This document shows, piece by piece, positions 32,979-41,934 of a stretch of 54,950 bases of DNA. This DNA is from a virus. Both the position numbers and the translations under genes were made by a program. Under the pieces are notes generated by a model, which was not told the DNA's origin, searched no databases, and saw only the letters and a list, made by a program, of their open reading frames with translations. Numbering within the stretch: position 1 is the first letter of the stretch; each line of letters starts with the position of its first letter. The stretch lies in the IMG/VR virus record IMGVR_UViG_3300017971_000060; one strand, written 5' to 3'.

Positions 32979-33563
32979 TCACGCTGCTTTCTTTTTAGCA
33001 GCAGCGGCCTTGCGCTTGGCAGCAGCTTCAGCCTTTTTCTTGGCGGCTTCGGCCTTCTTCTGTTCAGCGGCCTTGCGCTTGGCTTCAGCAGCAGCTTCCT
33101 TTGCGGCCTTTTCCTTGGCAATCCAGAAATCCTTGTGCGGGCCTTTCTTGGCGAGTGCCATGTGACCTTCAGCCCAATCCTTGTGATCCTGGGAACCAAC
33201 AGCGGCCAGACTTGCGTCAATCTCACCAGCTACGAACAGTTCACGGCGGTACTTCGTGCAGTGCTTCTTGTCGGCAGCGGATTCCGGCATTGTGTCGGCA
33301 ACCTGATCCAGAATTTGCTGGTCAGTCTTCTTGGCCTTGATCAGTTTGCAGATCAGTTCCTTTGCAGTACCTTCTTTCTTCGGCATAACTTTTGCTCCAG
33401 TCGATGCGATGAAGTTGAACAGTTCAACCGTATCGCAGTTTACAATGGTGCCAGCCGGAATGTCTCCCAAATCAGCGTACAGCCTGATAGAAATAGTTCC
33501 TTCGGCGGGAAGGGTTGCGGCATCATCAGCACCGCCCAACAGATCATCGTTTGTATCAGTCAT
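32979..33563 (-). CDS. Protein with histone-H1-like Lys/Ala-rich C-terminal tail, 194 aa
   Basis: TIR ctggagaaccaccATG. Last ~50 aa read KEKAAKEAAAEAKRKAAEQKKAEAAKKKAEAAAKRKAAAAKKKAA. Confidence 0.7.
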   Translation of the reverse strand: MTDTNDDLLGGADDAATLPAEGTISIRLYADLGDIPAGTIVNCDTVELFNFIASTGAKVMPKKEGTAKELICKLIKAKKTDQQILDQVADTMPESAADKKHCTKYRRELFVAGEIDASLAAVGSQDHKDWAEGHMALAKKGPHKDFWIAKEKAAKEAAAEAKRKAAEQKKAEAAKKKAEAAAKRKAAAAKKKAA

Positions 33564-33607
33564 GGTGGTTCTCCAGTTTTCAGTTTAAGTCAAAGTGACA
33601 CTGTCGT

Positions 33608-33635
33608 ATTATACCGACCTTTTCGGGTTTGTCAA
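33608..33635 (-). promoter_or_regulatory. Perfect consensus promoter TTGACA(33635-33630)-16 nt-TATAAT(33613-33608)
   Basis: Read directly. The -35 overlaps the SNF2 stop codon. Confidence 0.65.
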
Positions 33636-35083
33636 GCGACTTGACGCATTTTCTTCTGTCGCTGTAACCTGTAGTTTTGTAAAGCAGTTTTGAAGTCACG
33701 TTGCTTTCTACTCTTAAGAGTTAATCTGGAGAGCATGGCTTCCTCTACCGTGTCTTCCATGACAAGGTGATGTATCCGGGTTGGGGCAATGGCACCCTGA
33801 CGCGCCAAACGCTGACAGAACTGTATATACAGTTCCAAATCCCAAAGGTGGTCAAACCAGCAGATGTCACCCCCGGCAAACTGCATATTCAGAGAGTGTG
33901 ACATTGACTTGGGTTGACCTAGTAGTTCGTGCAACTGCTTGGCGTTCCACATATCCTCAATTTTCACCCCCTGCTTAGGGGATACGCCACTACCTATGTA
34001 GAGTGGTTTGCGCTTGTACCGCTTCTTGATAGCGGCTTCCAACCGGACACGGGTATGGTGAAAGGTGTAAGCAATCAGTAAAGGTTTGCCCTGCAACTCG
34101 TCTATCAGGTCAAACAACCCTTCAATTTTCGCGTCGTGGATTTCATGCCATTTACGGTCTTTTGTGGCTGGCGGGTGCAACTTCTCTTCATCGGTGAGGG
34201 GGTGATACATGGCCCCTGAGCAGACTTGTCTGCAAGCGCCAGACGCTACCGCTGTATTCTTCAGTTCCAGTGCATGTTTATCGATGTAAGCAAACAAGTC
34301 TTCCTCAAAGCCGTCATAGATTTTGCGGGCCTTCGGTGGTAGTATCAGCTTGCGCACTGGGAAGGTCACTTCAGGTATTGACAGGTGGTCTTTGGCTTCC
34401 ATTACAAGAGACATGTGAGACGCACGTTTGTAAATACGTTGTTCGGCCTCTTCATCATTAATGCGCCACTCATACCCTCTGAAACCGGCTTTGTGGAAAT
34501 ATTGGTGTCGGTAGTGAGTGACTTTGCCTCCAAACTCTTGGCCCCTATCCACTATCAGATACTGACCCCACAAGTCCATTAGGCTGTTCGGGCAGGGTGT
34601 ACCGTTGAGTATCATACGGCGCATGAACTTGTACAGCTTCTTTGACAATATCCCTAAGTTCTTGCTCTTGGGGTTGCGGAATTTGCCAGATTCGTCTACC
34701 ACAAGCATCTGAAAGGGCCATGTACGTTTACCCTTCAGCGCAACCGTAAACAGCCACTTTAACCCCTCTGGATTTATGACGTAGATGTCAGCCGGTTGTG
34801 TCAGTTGCCACCCCTTGCTACTGCCATGCAATGTCCTGACCTTCATGTGGTGAGAGAACCACCACTTTTTCGGCTCTTTGGGCCATGTAGAGTAACACGC
34901 TCGAAGTGGGGCAACCACCAACAGGGATTTGACTTTTTTCTGCTTCTGGAGACGGCGCAGAATCCACAATACTATGACTGTCTTACCAAGACCGGGGTCA
35001 AGGAAAAGCGCTAAGTATAGTTTCCTCAACCCCTCTGCTATGGCAGTCACTTGGTACTGGTGCGGAAAGAAGTGTTTCGGCAT
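33632..35083 (-). CDS. SNF2-family (SF2) DNA helicase/translocase, 483 aa
   Basis: FPHQ, DPGLGKT (Walker A-like), VVDESGKFRN (motif II) and a C-terminal helicase lobe. Confidence 0.85.
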   Translation of the reverse strand: MPKHFFPHQYQVTAIAEGLRKLYLALFLDPGLGKTVIVLWILRRLQKQKKVKSLLVVAPLRACYSTWPKEPKKWWFSHHMKVRTLHGSSKGWQLTQPADIYVINPEGLKWLFTVALKGKRTWPFQMLVVDESGKFRNPKSKNLGILSKKLYKFMRRMILNGTPCPNSLMDLWGQYLIVDRGQEFGGKVTHYRHQYFHKAGFRGYEWRINDEEAEQRIYKRASHMSLVMEAKDHLSIPEVTFPVRKLILPPKARKIYDGFEEDLFAYIDKHALELKNTAVASGACRQVCSGAMYHPLTDEEKLHPPATKDRKWHEIHDAKIEGLFDLIDELQGKPLLIAYTFHHTRVRLEAAIKKRYKRKPLYIGSGVSPKQGVKIEDMWNAKQLHELLGQPKSMSHSLNMQFAGGDICWFDHLWDLELYIQFCQRLARQGAIAPTRIHHLVMEDTVEEAMLSRLTLKSRKQRDFKTALQNYRLQRQKKMRQVA

Positions 35084-35363
35084 ACATCAACTCCAACTGT
35101 AGTATATCGTAAGCATCATGAAAGTTATCACACCAGTAGACATGGTGCCCTGACTTCCTCATTTCACTATGTCTGTAGTACTGACCGGGTGTTGGCTCTT
35201 CACCGGGCGCTTTGAACTCAATCCAGAATACTATCTGAGTACCTCTGATGAAATTCATCCTGTCAGGCCAGTTCACCCACCCTTGTATTTCGCATTTCAG
35301 CGCTTGCACTCCTGCTACAGCAGCGTGGAGTACATAATCATCTTCAATGGTAGCTTCTAGCAT
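34998..35363 (-). CDS. VRR-NUC domain nuclease, 121 aa
   Basis: IVFWIEFKAPGEEPTPGQ (E.K core). ATG 35363 overlaps the upstream stop. The 3' end overlaps the SNF2 start by 86 nt. Confidence 0.6.
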   Translation of the reverse strand: MLEATIEDDYVLHAAVAGVQALKCEIQGWVNWPDRMNFIRGTQIVFWIEFKAPGEEPTPGQYYRHSEMRKSGHHVYWCDNFHDAYDILQLELMYAETLLSAPVPSDCHSRGVEETILSAFP

Positions 35364-35797
35364 TTGTGAACAAGCCAACCCACCCACCACCATTTCAACT
35401 CTTCATTCTCTGTGTCGAACGCTGGCCCTACCAGAGCAGCGCCGTTAGGGTTGTGGTCGATTTGGTTACCAAGACAGGTTACGAAGTGTGGTACCCCTGT
35501 TGTGCTATTGCCTAGAAGAGTGTAGCGGTTGCCTTTTGAATAGGCGGCACCGTGTTCAAGGATTTGCTCAAGGGTTAGTTCCCCTGAGAAGGGAACTTCC
35601 ACAAACGCTAGTCCTTTAGTGGCAAGAAAGTCATTGATGAAAGTGTGCCCTGCATCGTCATCTACATAACCGTCTTCAAACGGGTGCGGGAAGTCTTCCG
35701 GGCGCATGTCTAACATACAGGCCAGCACTGTCCTGAAGCAGTCACCGTACCGGCCATTCTCCGGGTCATGCGCAATAAGTTGATCGTAGTATTTCAT
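35357..35797 (-). CDS. Hypothetical protein, 146 aa (possible papain-like Cys/His pair: GDCFRT ... PHFV)
   Basis: ATGA overlap with the upstream stop. The fold suggestion is weak. Confidence 0.55.
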   Translation of the reverse strand: MKYYDQLIAHDPENGRYGDCFRTVLACMLDMRPEDFPHPFEDGYVDDDAGHTFINDFLATKGLAFVEVPFSGELTLEQILEHGAAYSKGNRYTLLGNSTTGVPHFVTCLGNQIDHNPNGAALVGPAFDTENEELKWWWVGWLVHKC

Positions 35798-35985
35798 TCT
35801 TTCTCCCCTTCTATAGTAGTAGTCACAGACCAGTTATAGCCACAAACACATTTTGTATCCCACCATTCAACACCGTCAGTGCAAAGCCGAATTTTATCTT
35901 GGCATTTTGGGCAAACCACTTCTATGATAGTGCCAGCGTCATTTGTGCCAGCGTACTCAAAATCTCGTACAGTGATTTTACTCAT
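35794..35985 (-). CDS. Small zinc-ribbon protein, 63 aa
   Basis: CPKCQDK...CVCGYNW. ATG 35985 forms an ATGA overlap with the polymerase stop. Confidence 0.5.
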   Translation of the reverse strand: MSKITVRDFEYAGTNDAGTIIEVVCPKCQDKIRLCTDGVEWWDTKCVCGYNWSVTTTIEGEKE

Positions 35986-38093
35986 TTCCTGTACCTCTGC
36001 CCAACCCACCCTTCAGACTCCACTGGTAGCCCGTGTGCCCATGGCGGGAGATAGCACAACAGCGCTTCAAGTTCTTCCAGTGTACCAAAACCGTCTTCAT
36101 CTTCAGTCACAACTTCATCGTGAACCGACATTATCAAGGTATACAGCATGACGTCAAGGAAGAGCATTCCCAATACCATCAAATCCCGGCTACCGGCCTG
36201 TGTGATATTTTCTGCCCACTTCCCGCCATAAGTGTCTAGTACTGTCCACTTGTGCGTATAACTGTCGAAACCTTCATACTCAACCTTCAGTTCATCCTTG
36301 TCATAACGTGTAGAAACTGCCACCCTTGCATGTGGATAGTAGAGTTTGTGGCCTGACGGCAACACGCAAATCAGGAACTTCACTTTCCCTATCATCTTAG
36401 GGTAGAACACAACCTTGGTGAACTTGGTCACTACCTCTACAGTCATATTCTGCTTCAGCGCTCGAATAGCGGCCTGTTCAGTCTGTTTCCAGAACTCAGG
36501 TACAAGAGGGAAGCGTTTTCTGTAGCGCTTGATAACTCGTTCGGCTTCCTTGCTACTGATTTTGATACCAGCCTGTTCGTCAACCCGTTTACGGAACTTG
36601 ACAGCCCACATACCGTAGCCAGCGCCAAGTATGGTTTCCTTGCCAAGCGGCCTTTCCTTGGATTCCTTGGTCAAGTCCTTGTACGGAACACCGTAGATGT
36701 CACTTGCCATATCAAGGTAGATGTCTTCACCACGTCTGAAAATCCCCAAAGCGCGGTCATCCCCGGCAATCCAGAGTAGGAAGCGGGCTTCAATGGCTGC
36801 ATAGTCAGCGCTCTTGAAGTGGTCACCGAAAAGCGGGGTGATGACTGCCCGTATCAGGGAAGTGAGAATATCCATTGCTGTGACTAGTCTGTCAGGTTTG
36901 GATAGCTTCTCTGCATAAGCTTCCAGCGCGGCAATGTCGCGGCGTTTGACCATAGTCAACAGGGTTTCAACGTCTGCCCCTTTAGGTAGAACCGGGCGCG
37001 GCAAGTTCTGGATTTGAATCCCCCGGCCACCGTACCGGCCTGTTCTGGCCTTGTGGTAGTTCAGCAGTTCATGTATCCTGTGGGTGACAGGGTCAATCAT
37101 CTCCAGCATTGTCTTGTACTTGCTGGTAGACGTTGAGCCAGCTATCTTATACAGCAACAGCATACGCTTGACCTTCTCAGGAAGGTCTTTCTTACGCATC
37201 CACAATTTGATTGTGGAACCCTGCATGTTAGGTAGGATGTAACCTTGATCGGCCAACCACTCTTTGACCTTGGCCCGTTGTGTACACTTCTGGAAGGCAC
37301 CCCCTGACAGAGTAGAAGCTTCAGCGTTGTACTTTTCCTTGACCTTGTCAGATAGTTCTACCATGGCCCGCACAGCGGTGCGGTCAACATGGATTCCCCG
37401 CCAGTTTATCTCATCAGTCATCCATGCAATGAGTTGTTCAAACACTGGCAGGTCAGGGAGAGTGTTGTCAAGGTCTACAGTAGCAGCGGTGTCTTGTACG
37501 CAGTAGTAACAGAAATCTTTCCATTCAGCCGGGTGAGTGTGTTTGTTGTTATACTTCCCTTTGCGCTTGCCCCGTGACACCGGCATACTGAACAACTGAA
37601 TCAGCGCTTTGCCCTTGGGGTCTTTCTTATGCTTCACCCTCATAACCTGAGTGGCAGTGTTCAGGTCTGACGCTATCGCCATGTGTTTGCACTTGTCAGC
37701 AGTATCCAGCATGTTGCGCGGGCTGAGTATGCGCGGCCATTTCAGTTTCTTGACTCCTACGTTGTTCCAGATACAGAACTCGAAGAAACTGTTGTGAGCG
37801 TTGATAAAATGCCCTGCTCTGATAGCGTCAAACACTTCCTTAGGCGGCTTGCCTTCCCCGGCCACCCACAATTTAGTGTCTTCCGGGTTGCCGGTCATGC
37901 AGTATGACATCATCAAGATACGGCAAGAGGGGTGACGGCTATAGGCAAATGCCCCTACGTCTGTAACGTCAACGTCACAGGCAGTCTCAAAGTCAATGGT
38001 GAACCGGGGCGTGTCTGCTAGACGTGCCTTGGCATCCAGCAACCGTTTCTTCAGACGGTTTCTTGCTATCCTGATAGCGCGGTCGTGTTTCAT
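35982..38093 (-). CDS. Family A DNA polymerase with 3'-5' exonuclease domain, 703 aa
   Basis: Exo I TIDFETA. Motif A DYAAIEARFL. Motif B RPLGKETILGAGYGM. Motif C MSVHDEVV. Confidence 0.9.
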   Translation of the reverse strand: MKHDRAIRIARNRLKKRLLDAKARLADTPRFTIDFETACDVDVTDVGAFAYSRHPSCRILMMSYCMTGNPEDTKLWVAGEGKPPKEVFDAIRAGHFINAHNSFFEFCIWNNVGVKKLKWPRILSPRNMLDTADKCKHMAIASDLNTATQVMRVKHKKDPKGKALIQLFSMPVSRGKRKGKYNNKHTHPAEWKDFCYYCVQDTAATVDLDNTLPDLPVFEQLIAWMTDEINWRGIHVDRTAVRAMVELSDKVKEKYNAEASTLSGGAFQKCTQRAKVKEWLADQGYILPNMQGSTIKLWMRKKDLPEKVKRMLLLYKIAGSTSTSKYKTMLEMIDPVTHRIHELLNYHKARTGRYGGRGIQIQNLPRPVLPKGADVETLLTMVKRRDIAALEAYAEKLSKPDRLVTAMDILTSLIRAVITPLFGDHFKSADYAAIEARFLLWIAGDDRALGIFRRGEDIYLDMASDIYGVPYKDLTKESKERPLGKETILGAGYGMWAVKFRKRVDEQAGIKISSKEAERVIKRYRKRFPLVPEFWKQTEQAAIRALKQNMTVEVVTKFTKVVFYPKMIGKVKFLICVLPSGHKLYYPHARVAVSTRYDKDELKVEYEGFDSYTHKWTVLDTYGGKWAENITQAGSRDLMVLGMLFLDVMLYTLIMSVHDEVVTEDEDGFGTLEELEALLCYLPPWAHGLPVESEGWVGQRYRK

Positions 38094-38293
38094 AGCATTC
38101 TGTCTTTACGCATGGATTCCAGCAGTTCGGTCAACTCTGTAGTTATCTCGTTGACCTTGTCCTTGGCCCGTTCAAGGTTCTTCAGGTCACGGGGCGTACA
38201 AACATGTGGCTGAATTTCCAGCAGTTGCCGCTGCAAGAAGTTCATACGGGTCAGCGCTTGCATTCTCAATTTTTCGGCTTCCACTTCTCTCAT
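38090..38293 (-). CDS. Hypothetical coiled-coil protein, 67 aa
   Basis: GGAG lies 10 nt upstream of ATG 38293. The ORF-track start at 38407 lies upstream of the promoter. Confidence 0.5.
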   Translation of the reverse strand: MREVEAEKLRMQALTRMNFLQRQLLEIQPHVCTPRDLKNLERAKDKVNEITTELTELLESMRKDRML

Positions 38294-38360
38294 AGTATAA
38301 AACTCCTGATACAGTTGATTTGAGCAGTGCATCGTAGTACCTTTTGTTGTAGACTGCATC

Positions 38361-38395
38361 ATTATACGGCAAAATGCCGGGGTGTCAACCCGGCA
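38361..38395 (-). promoter_or_regulatory. Perfect consensus promoter TTGACA(38388-38383)-16 nt-TATAAT(38366-38361) whose -35 lies in the loop of hairpin aatgccggg/cccggcatt
   Basis: Read directly on the reverse complement. Confidence 0.6.
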
Positions 38396-38419
38396 TTGTG
38401 CGTCCATTTACGGTCAGTG

Positions 38420-38767
38420 TCACCCCCGTCTAGTGGTCTCCTCAAACTCTTCATCCTTGGTCATCGGCGGTTGTTCTTCCATCGGCCAGTCATTCATGTA
38501 TAGTCTGTTGAATTCTTCAGTACTTTGTGGTGGTTTGTGGTACTCTTCAGGTAGGTCATCCCATGGACTAGCACCACGTAGACCAGTCCGGCGCTCGTAC
38601 TCGGTGTTCATCATTTTGTGGCGGTTTGCAGCACCGTTCATAATGTCACGCTGTCTCATCCATGGGGTTATGATGTGGTCAGAAACGAACTCCCCGACTA
38701 CGTAGACCACTGCCAGAACCATCATGAACACTCCGAAGAAAATCAAGTTGTCTAAGAAAGCTTCCAT
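38420..38767 (-). CDS. Membrane protein, 115 aa
   Basis: GGAGGG RBS before ATG 38767. N-terminal TMD LIFFGVFMMVLAVVYVV. Confidence 0.55.
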   Translation of the reverse strand: MEAFLDNLIFFGVFMMVLAVVYVVGEFVSDHIITPWMRQRDIMNGAANRHKMMNTEYERRTGLRGASPWDDLPEEYHKPPQSTEEFNRLYMNDWPMEEQPPMTKDEEFEETTRRG

Positions 38768-38814
38768 TGTGTTACCCTCCAAAAGTTAAGGGGCCATCCT
38801 TGGCCCCTATCAGG

Positions 38815-39585
38815 TTAGGCTACGTGAGCCAGTTCGTTGACAAAGTCAGACTGAATCTGAGTTTTGTGGTTGATCGTGTCCATGGACACCCCGGCTTCAC
38901 TTTGCGGCTTGACCGCTTCAGTGCAAGCGTTGAGCAACCGCCATGCAGTGAAACCCTGTTCGGCGTGTTCTTCATAGGAAGGTCTGTCCCACTCCTGAAC
39001 AGCGCGGGCCATCTGACCGCCAGCCAGTCCACCCCGACGAAGCAACTCAACCAGTGCAGCGTCACCGTCTTTCTGCTTCATCTGGAAGTTGCGAAGACCG
39101 TCAAAAGTCAACTGTTGCTTCTCAGCGGCTTCAGGAATCTGACTTACAGCGGTGTCAACCAGTGACGGCAAGCGGGTCAGAATGTTGGTAGTCTGCTTGG
39201 TAGAGAACACCCCAAGGTTGCCGTGGAAGCAAAGGTTAGAGCAGCACATAACGTTGCTGCCCAAAGCTATGGCCCGTGGAACAGAGTAGTCATGGGCACC
39301 ACGAAGACCAAGGAAGATAGACCAATCATCGTCACGAATCAGGTCACCAGACTTGGCACCGATTTCCATCATGCCAAACATGCGGTTGTGGTTCTCAGCA
39401 ATCGCAAACTCTTCATGGATAATCTCAAGTCCGTGGCTGCTCAGAGAGTGGTCAACCATCTCAATGAAGTCCACGAAAGGTACCGGGCGGTGACGGTTGC
39501 CCAAAGGGGCAGGAGTGTCAAGGTGGCCCATCTGCTTGCGGGTCATGATTACATCGTTGCGTGCATCGTACATTAATTTGCTCAT
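38815..39585 (-). CDS. DUF932-family protein, 256 aa
   Basis: Core RGAHDYSVPRAIALGSNVMCCSNLCFHG resembles DUF932 (S.D.S....G..v.vC.N). TIR ctggagaacgacATG. Confidence 0.65.
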   Translation of the reverse strand: MSKLMYDARNDVIMTRKQMGHLDTPAPLGNRHRPVPFVDFIEMVDHSLSSHGLEIIHEEFAIAENHNRMFGMMEIGAKSGDLIRDDDWSIFLGLRGAHDYSVPRAIALGSNVMCCSNLCFHGNLGVFSTKQTTNILTRLPSLVDTAVSQIPEAAEKQQLTFDGLRNFQMKQKDGDAALVELLRRGGLAGGQMARAVQEWDRPSYEEHAEQGFTAWRLLNACTEAVKPQSEAGVSMDTINHKTQIQSDFVNELAHVA

Positions 39586-39634
39586 GTCGTTCTCCAGTTT
39601 TAGTAGGTTGCGGTCTCTCTTGACCGTGATTCAA

Positions 39635-39692
39635 ATTGTAACAGAAGTTTCGTGAATGTCAAGCTTTTTCGTCTACCCCCGAAGGGGTAGAC
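39635..39692 (-). promoter_or_regulatory. UUCG-tetraloop hairpin (39671-39692) + promoter TTGACA(39662-39657)-16 nt-TACAAT(39640-39635)
   Basis: Same hairpin sequence and 8-nt distance to the -35 as at 28692-28750. Confidence 0.6.
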
Positions 39693-39703
39693 TGAAAGCC
39701 CGT

Positions 39704-39928
39704 TTAGATAGTTACCGCCAGTTCAAACCCTTCAGCGTTGATTTCAGCGGCCACTTCCTTGGCACCTTCCAGCGTGTTATCACTGTAGTGGAGACGGAAG
39801 TCAGAACCGGCCTTCAGATGTTCTACGCTAGTAGTGATTACGTAAACCCGATGGGCCAAAACAGGCTCAGGATAGGTACCAGCGGCGATTGAGTTTTCGA
39901 TTCTTTCGATGGCGGTTGAATTTCTCAT
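39704..39928 (-). CDS. Hypothetical protein, 74 aa
   Basis: Invariant TIR ctggagaactgacATG. Confidence 0.7.
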   Translation of the reverse strand: MRNSTAIERIENSIAAGTYPEPVLAHRVYVITTSVEHLKAGSDFRLHYSDNTLEGAKEVAAEINAEGFELAVTI

Positions 39929-40082
39929 GTCAGTTCTCCAGTTTTTGCGGTTGCGGTCTCAAGACCGTGGAGAAGAGTATGAGGGAACAGTTTACACTTG
40001 TCAAGCATTTTCTTTCCTTACACAAACAGGGGGTTACACGCAAAAGCCCGTAACCCCCTGTTCCTCTAACGAAAGAAAATTT
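39929..40082 (-). promoter_or_regulatory. Intergenic cassette copy 5 (minus): long hairpin 40007-40082, TTGACA(40004-39999)-17 nt-CATACT(39981-39976), leader hairpin cggtcttgagaccg
   Basis: Reverse complement read directly. Confidence 0.65.
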
Positions 40083-40105
40083 GAATTTTTTCTCACACTA
40101 CTCTG

Positions 40106-40261
40106 TTAGCCTAACGGAATGCCGTGTTTGGTCTTGAAGGCGTCAAAAATCATCCACATGAGTTGATCCGCAAAGTGGTGACCAAGACCAAACAGGAAAC
40201 CGATAATGACTAGCATTACAGCGTAAGCCCAAAGGGGTTGGTTGTTTGGTAAGTTGCTCAT
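40106..40261 (-). CDS. Small membrane peptide, 51 aa, translationally coupled to the U32-like gene
   Basis: ATGA overlap with the stop of 40258..41379. TMD WAYAVMLVIIGFLFGLG. Below the ORF-track cutoff. Confidence 0.4.
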   Translation of the reverse strand: MSNLPNNQPLWAYAVMLVIIGFLFGLGHHFADQLMWMIFDAFKTKHGIPLG

Positions 40262-41379
40262 AGCGCCGGGTCTTTGTATGGATTGGAAATCACTTCGTAC
40301 CAGTCATCACAGTAGAAACAACTGGAACAGAGTTTGTTGTTGCAGTCAAGCTTGTGGGTTAGCCACGGGTCAATGAAGGTTTGCAGCGCTTCAGCCGGAA
40401 TGGAAAACCGCTGCTTATGCTCAGACAGTTCGTCTTTCTCTGAGTAGATTGTTTCCAAAGGCTTCCATAGGCCAAGCAAGTTTCCAGTGTAATCCCGCCG
40501 TAAATAGGATTCAGCCACCATTTTGATGTACGGGGTCTTGGCAGTCCGGCCTGTCACCTTGAAGTTGTGAATGCCTCTGTTCTCATAGTGCCGTAGCCAT
40601 TGCGGTAGGACAAAGCCGGTTCGCAGCCAGTCAGCCGGGTTGTGGCCCCTGCTAGACATGCACTTACCCATCGGGTAGTTTTGTATCAGCTTGGCGTCTT
40701 TCTTGGTCACGTTTTCGGAATGGCACTGGTAACAGCTATCCCTGTAGATGCAATGCGCCATGTTCGGCGTGTCACCTACTCCTGTAGTGTTTGCGCAGAA
40801 CTCATTCACCATGACCTCATACTCCATGCCAAGCGCTTCACAGGCAACAGCGAAGTATTGCAGTTTGGTGAAATCCCGATTGTAGAGAATATTCCCGACA
40901 ACTTTGTCTACACGGGGGTCAAGTTCCTTGTAGGCTGCTAGTTGCATAGGGGTGTCCACATGCATGATAGTGGATAACTCTATCCTGAGTTTCTCTTTTG
41001 GCAGATAGCGCCGGAAAAACTCTATGAGCATAGGGTTAGACACAATCAAGCGGTGAACGCCAATGTCCACAAGGAACTTTGTCCACTCAATCAGTTCTTC
41101 CTTGCGGGCCATGAATTCAGCCTTGCTACCTAGATACGGCGCGTTCATTGTGTAGTTGAACCTGATTCCGTAACTCAGGAGTAGCGCCACATGGTTGGCA
41201 AGGTTGCTGTTTGTTATGTCTGGCAGTCTGAAATCCGGTCGTGCAGCCAGCCATGCGTGTGCCTTGTCACTACCGTAAACCTCTGTGATCCGGTCTTCAG
41301 CGGTGCCGTGTTCCCGATTGATTTGGTCAAGCACTTCGGGCATGTGCTTATCGAAATTGTAGCCAACGTTTAACTTCAA
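40258..41379 (-). CDS. Peptidase-U32-like protein (Fe-S hydroxylase family candidate), 373 aa, TTG start
   Basis: GGAG lies 8 nt upstream of TTG 41379. The core GIRFNYTMNAPYL...FLVDIGVHRLIVSNPMLIEFFRRYLP..LRIELSTIMHVDT resembles the U32 barrel. Cys clusters CIYRDSCYQCH and CNNKLCSSCFYC are present. Confidence 0.5.
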   Translation of the reverse strand: MKLNVGYNFDKHMPEVLDQINREHGTAEDRITEVYGSDKAHAWLAARPDFRLPDITNSNLANHVALLLSYGIRFNYTMNAPYLGSKAEFMARKEELIEWTKFLVDIGVHRLIVSNPMLIEFFRRYLPKEKLRIELSTIMHVDTPMQLAAYKELDPRVDKVVGNILYNRDFTKLQYFAVACEALGMEYEVMVNEFCANTTGVGDTPNMAHCIYRDSCYQCHSENVTKKDAKLIQNYPMGKCMSSRGHNPADWLRTGFVLPQWLRHYENRGIHNFKVTGRTAKTPYIKMVAESYLRRDYTGNLLGLWKPLETIYSEKDELSEHKQRFSIPAEALQTFIDPWLTHKLDCNNKLCSSCFYCDDWYEVISNPYKDPAL

Positions 41380-41410
41380 TGTAGTATCTCCTGTTATTGG
41401 GTGTTACCAG

Positions 41411-41914
41411 TTATCGAATATCGCCAGTCCCGATTTTCCTAACACTGCTTTGGAATATATCTGGCAACCTCGCTATGTGCTTGTCAGCATTCCCCAAAAG
41501 TATGTAGTACGCTTGAGTATGGGAGCAGCCAAATAACATACCCAAAGTTGTACGTTTCATGTTGGGGTCAGCAGTATAAGCCAATCTCATAGCAAGGGAG
41601 TTATATCCGTTTGTTTTGAAGGGTCTTTCATAAATGACAGGTTCACAAGCCGGGTGCGTTCTCTCCATAACTTGTTCTATCATTTGAGAACCGTTGTTAA
41701 GTCCTAACATTTGTTGAACTTCCAGTGAATCGCAATTTGGGTTACTATCCTGATAGTCCATAATCAAGCGGGCTGTTTCGGGCGGCATGGGTTCATTCAT
41801 GCGCAGTGGGTCTTCAAATTCTTCAATAGTAGGGTGAAATCGTTTTGCTACTTCCATGACAGCTTCAAAATCAACATTGTTGTGTACTTCAATAGTAATG
41901 CGGCATGTATTCAT
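41411..41914 (-). CDS. Hypothetical protein, 167 aa, first gene of the U32-like operon
   Basis: caGGAGAATGACGATG places the start at 41914. Confidence 0.6.
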   Translation of the reverse strand: MNTCRITIEVHNNVDFEAVMEVAKRFHPTIEEFEDPLRMNEPMPPETARLIMDYQDSNPNCDSLEVQQMLGLNNGSQMIEQVMERTHPACEPVIYERPFKTNGYNSLAMRLAYTADPNMKRTTLGMLFGCSHTQAYYILLGNADKHIARLPDIFQSSVRKIGTGDIR

Positions 41915-41934
41915 CGTCATTCTCCTGATAAAGT

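Noticed and set aside
32741-33226. 161-aa Arg/Pro/Lys-rich ORF on the minus strand; its 3' part (32741-32974, 77 aa, Cys-rich) could be a separate small gene
   Set aside because: The 5' part is just an alternative frame of the Lys/Ala-repeat coding DNA of 32979..33563. The 3' part has no RBS and contains the terminator-like hairpin 32910-32936. Its ATGA overlap with the 49-aa ORF keeps a small residual possibility (about 0.25).
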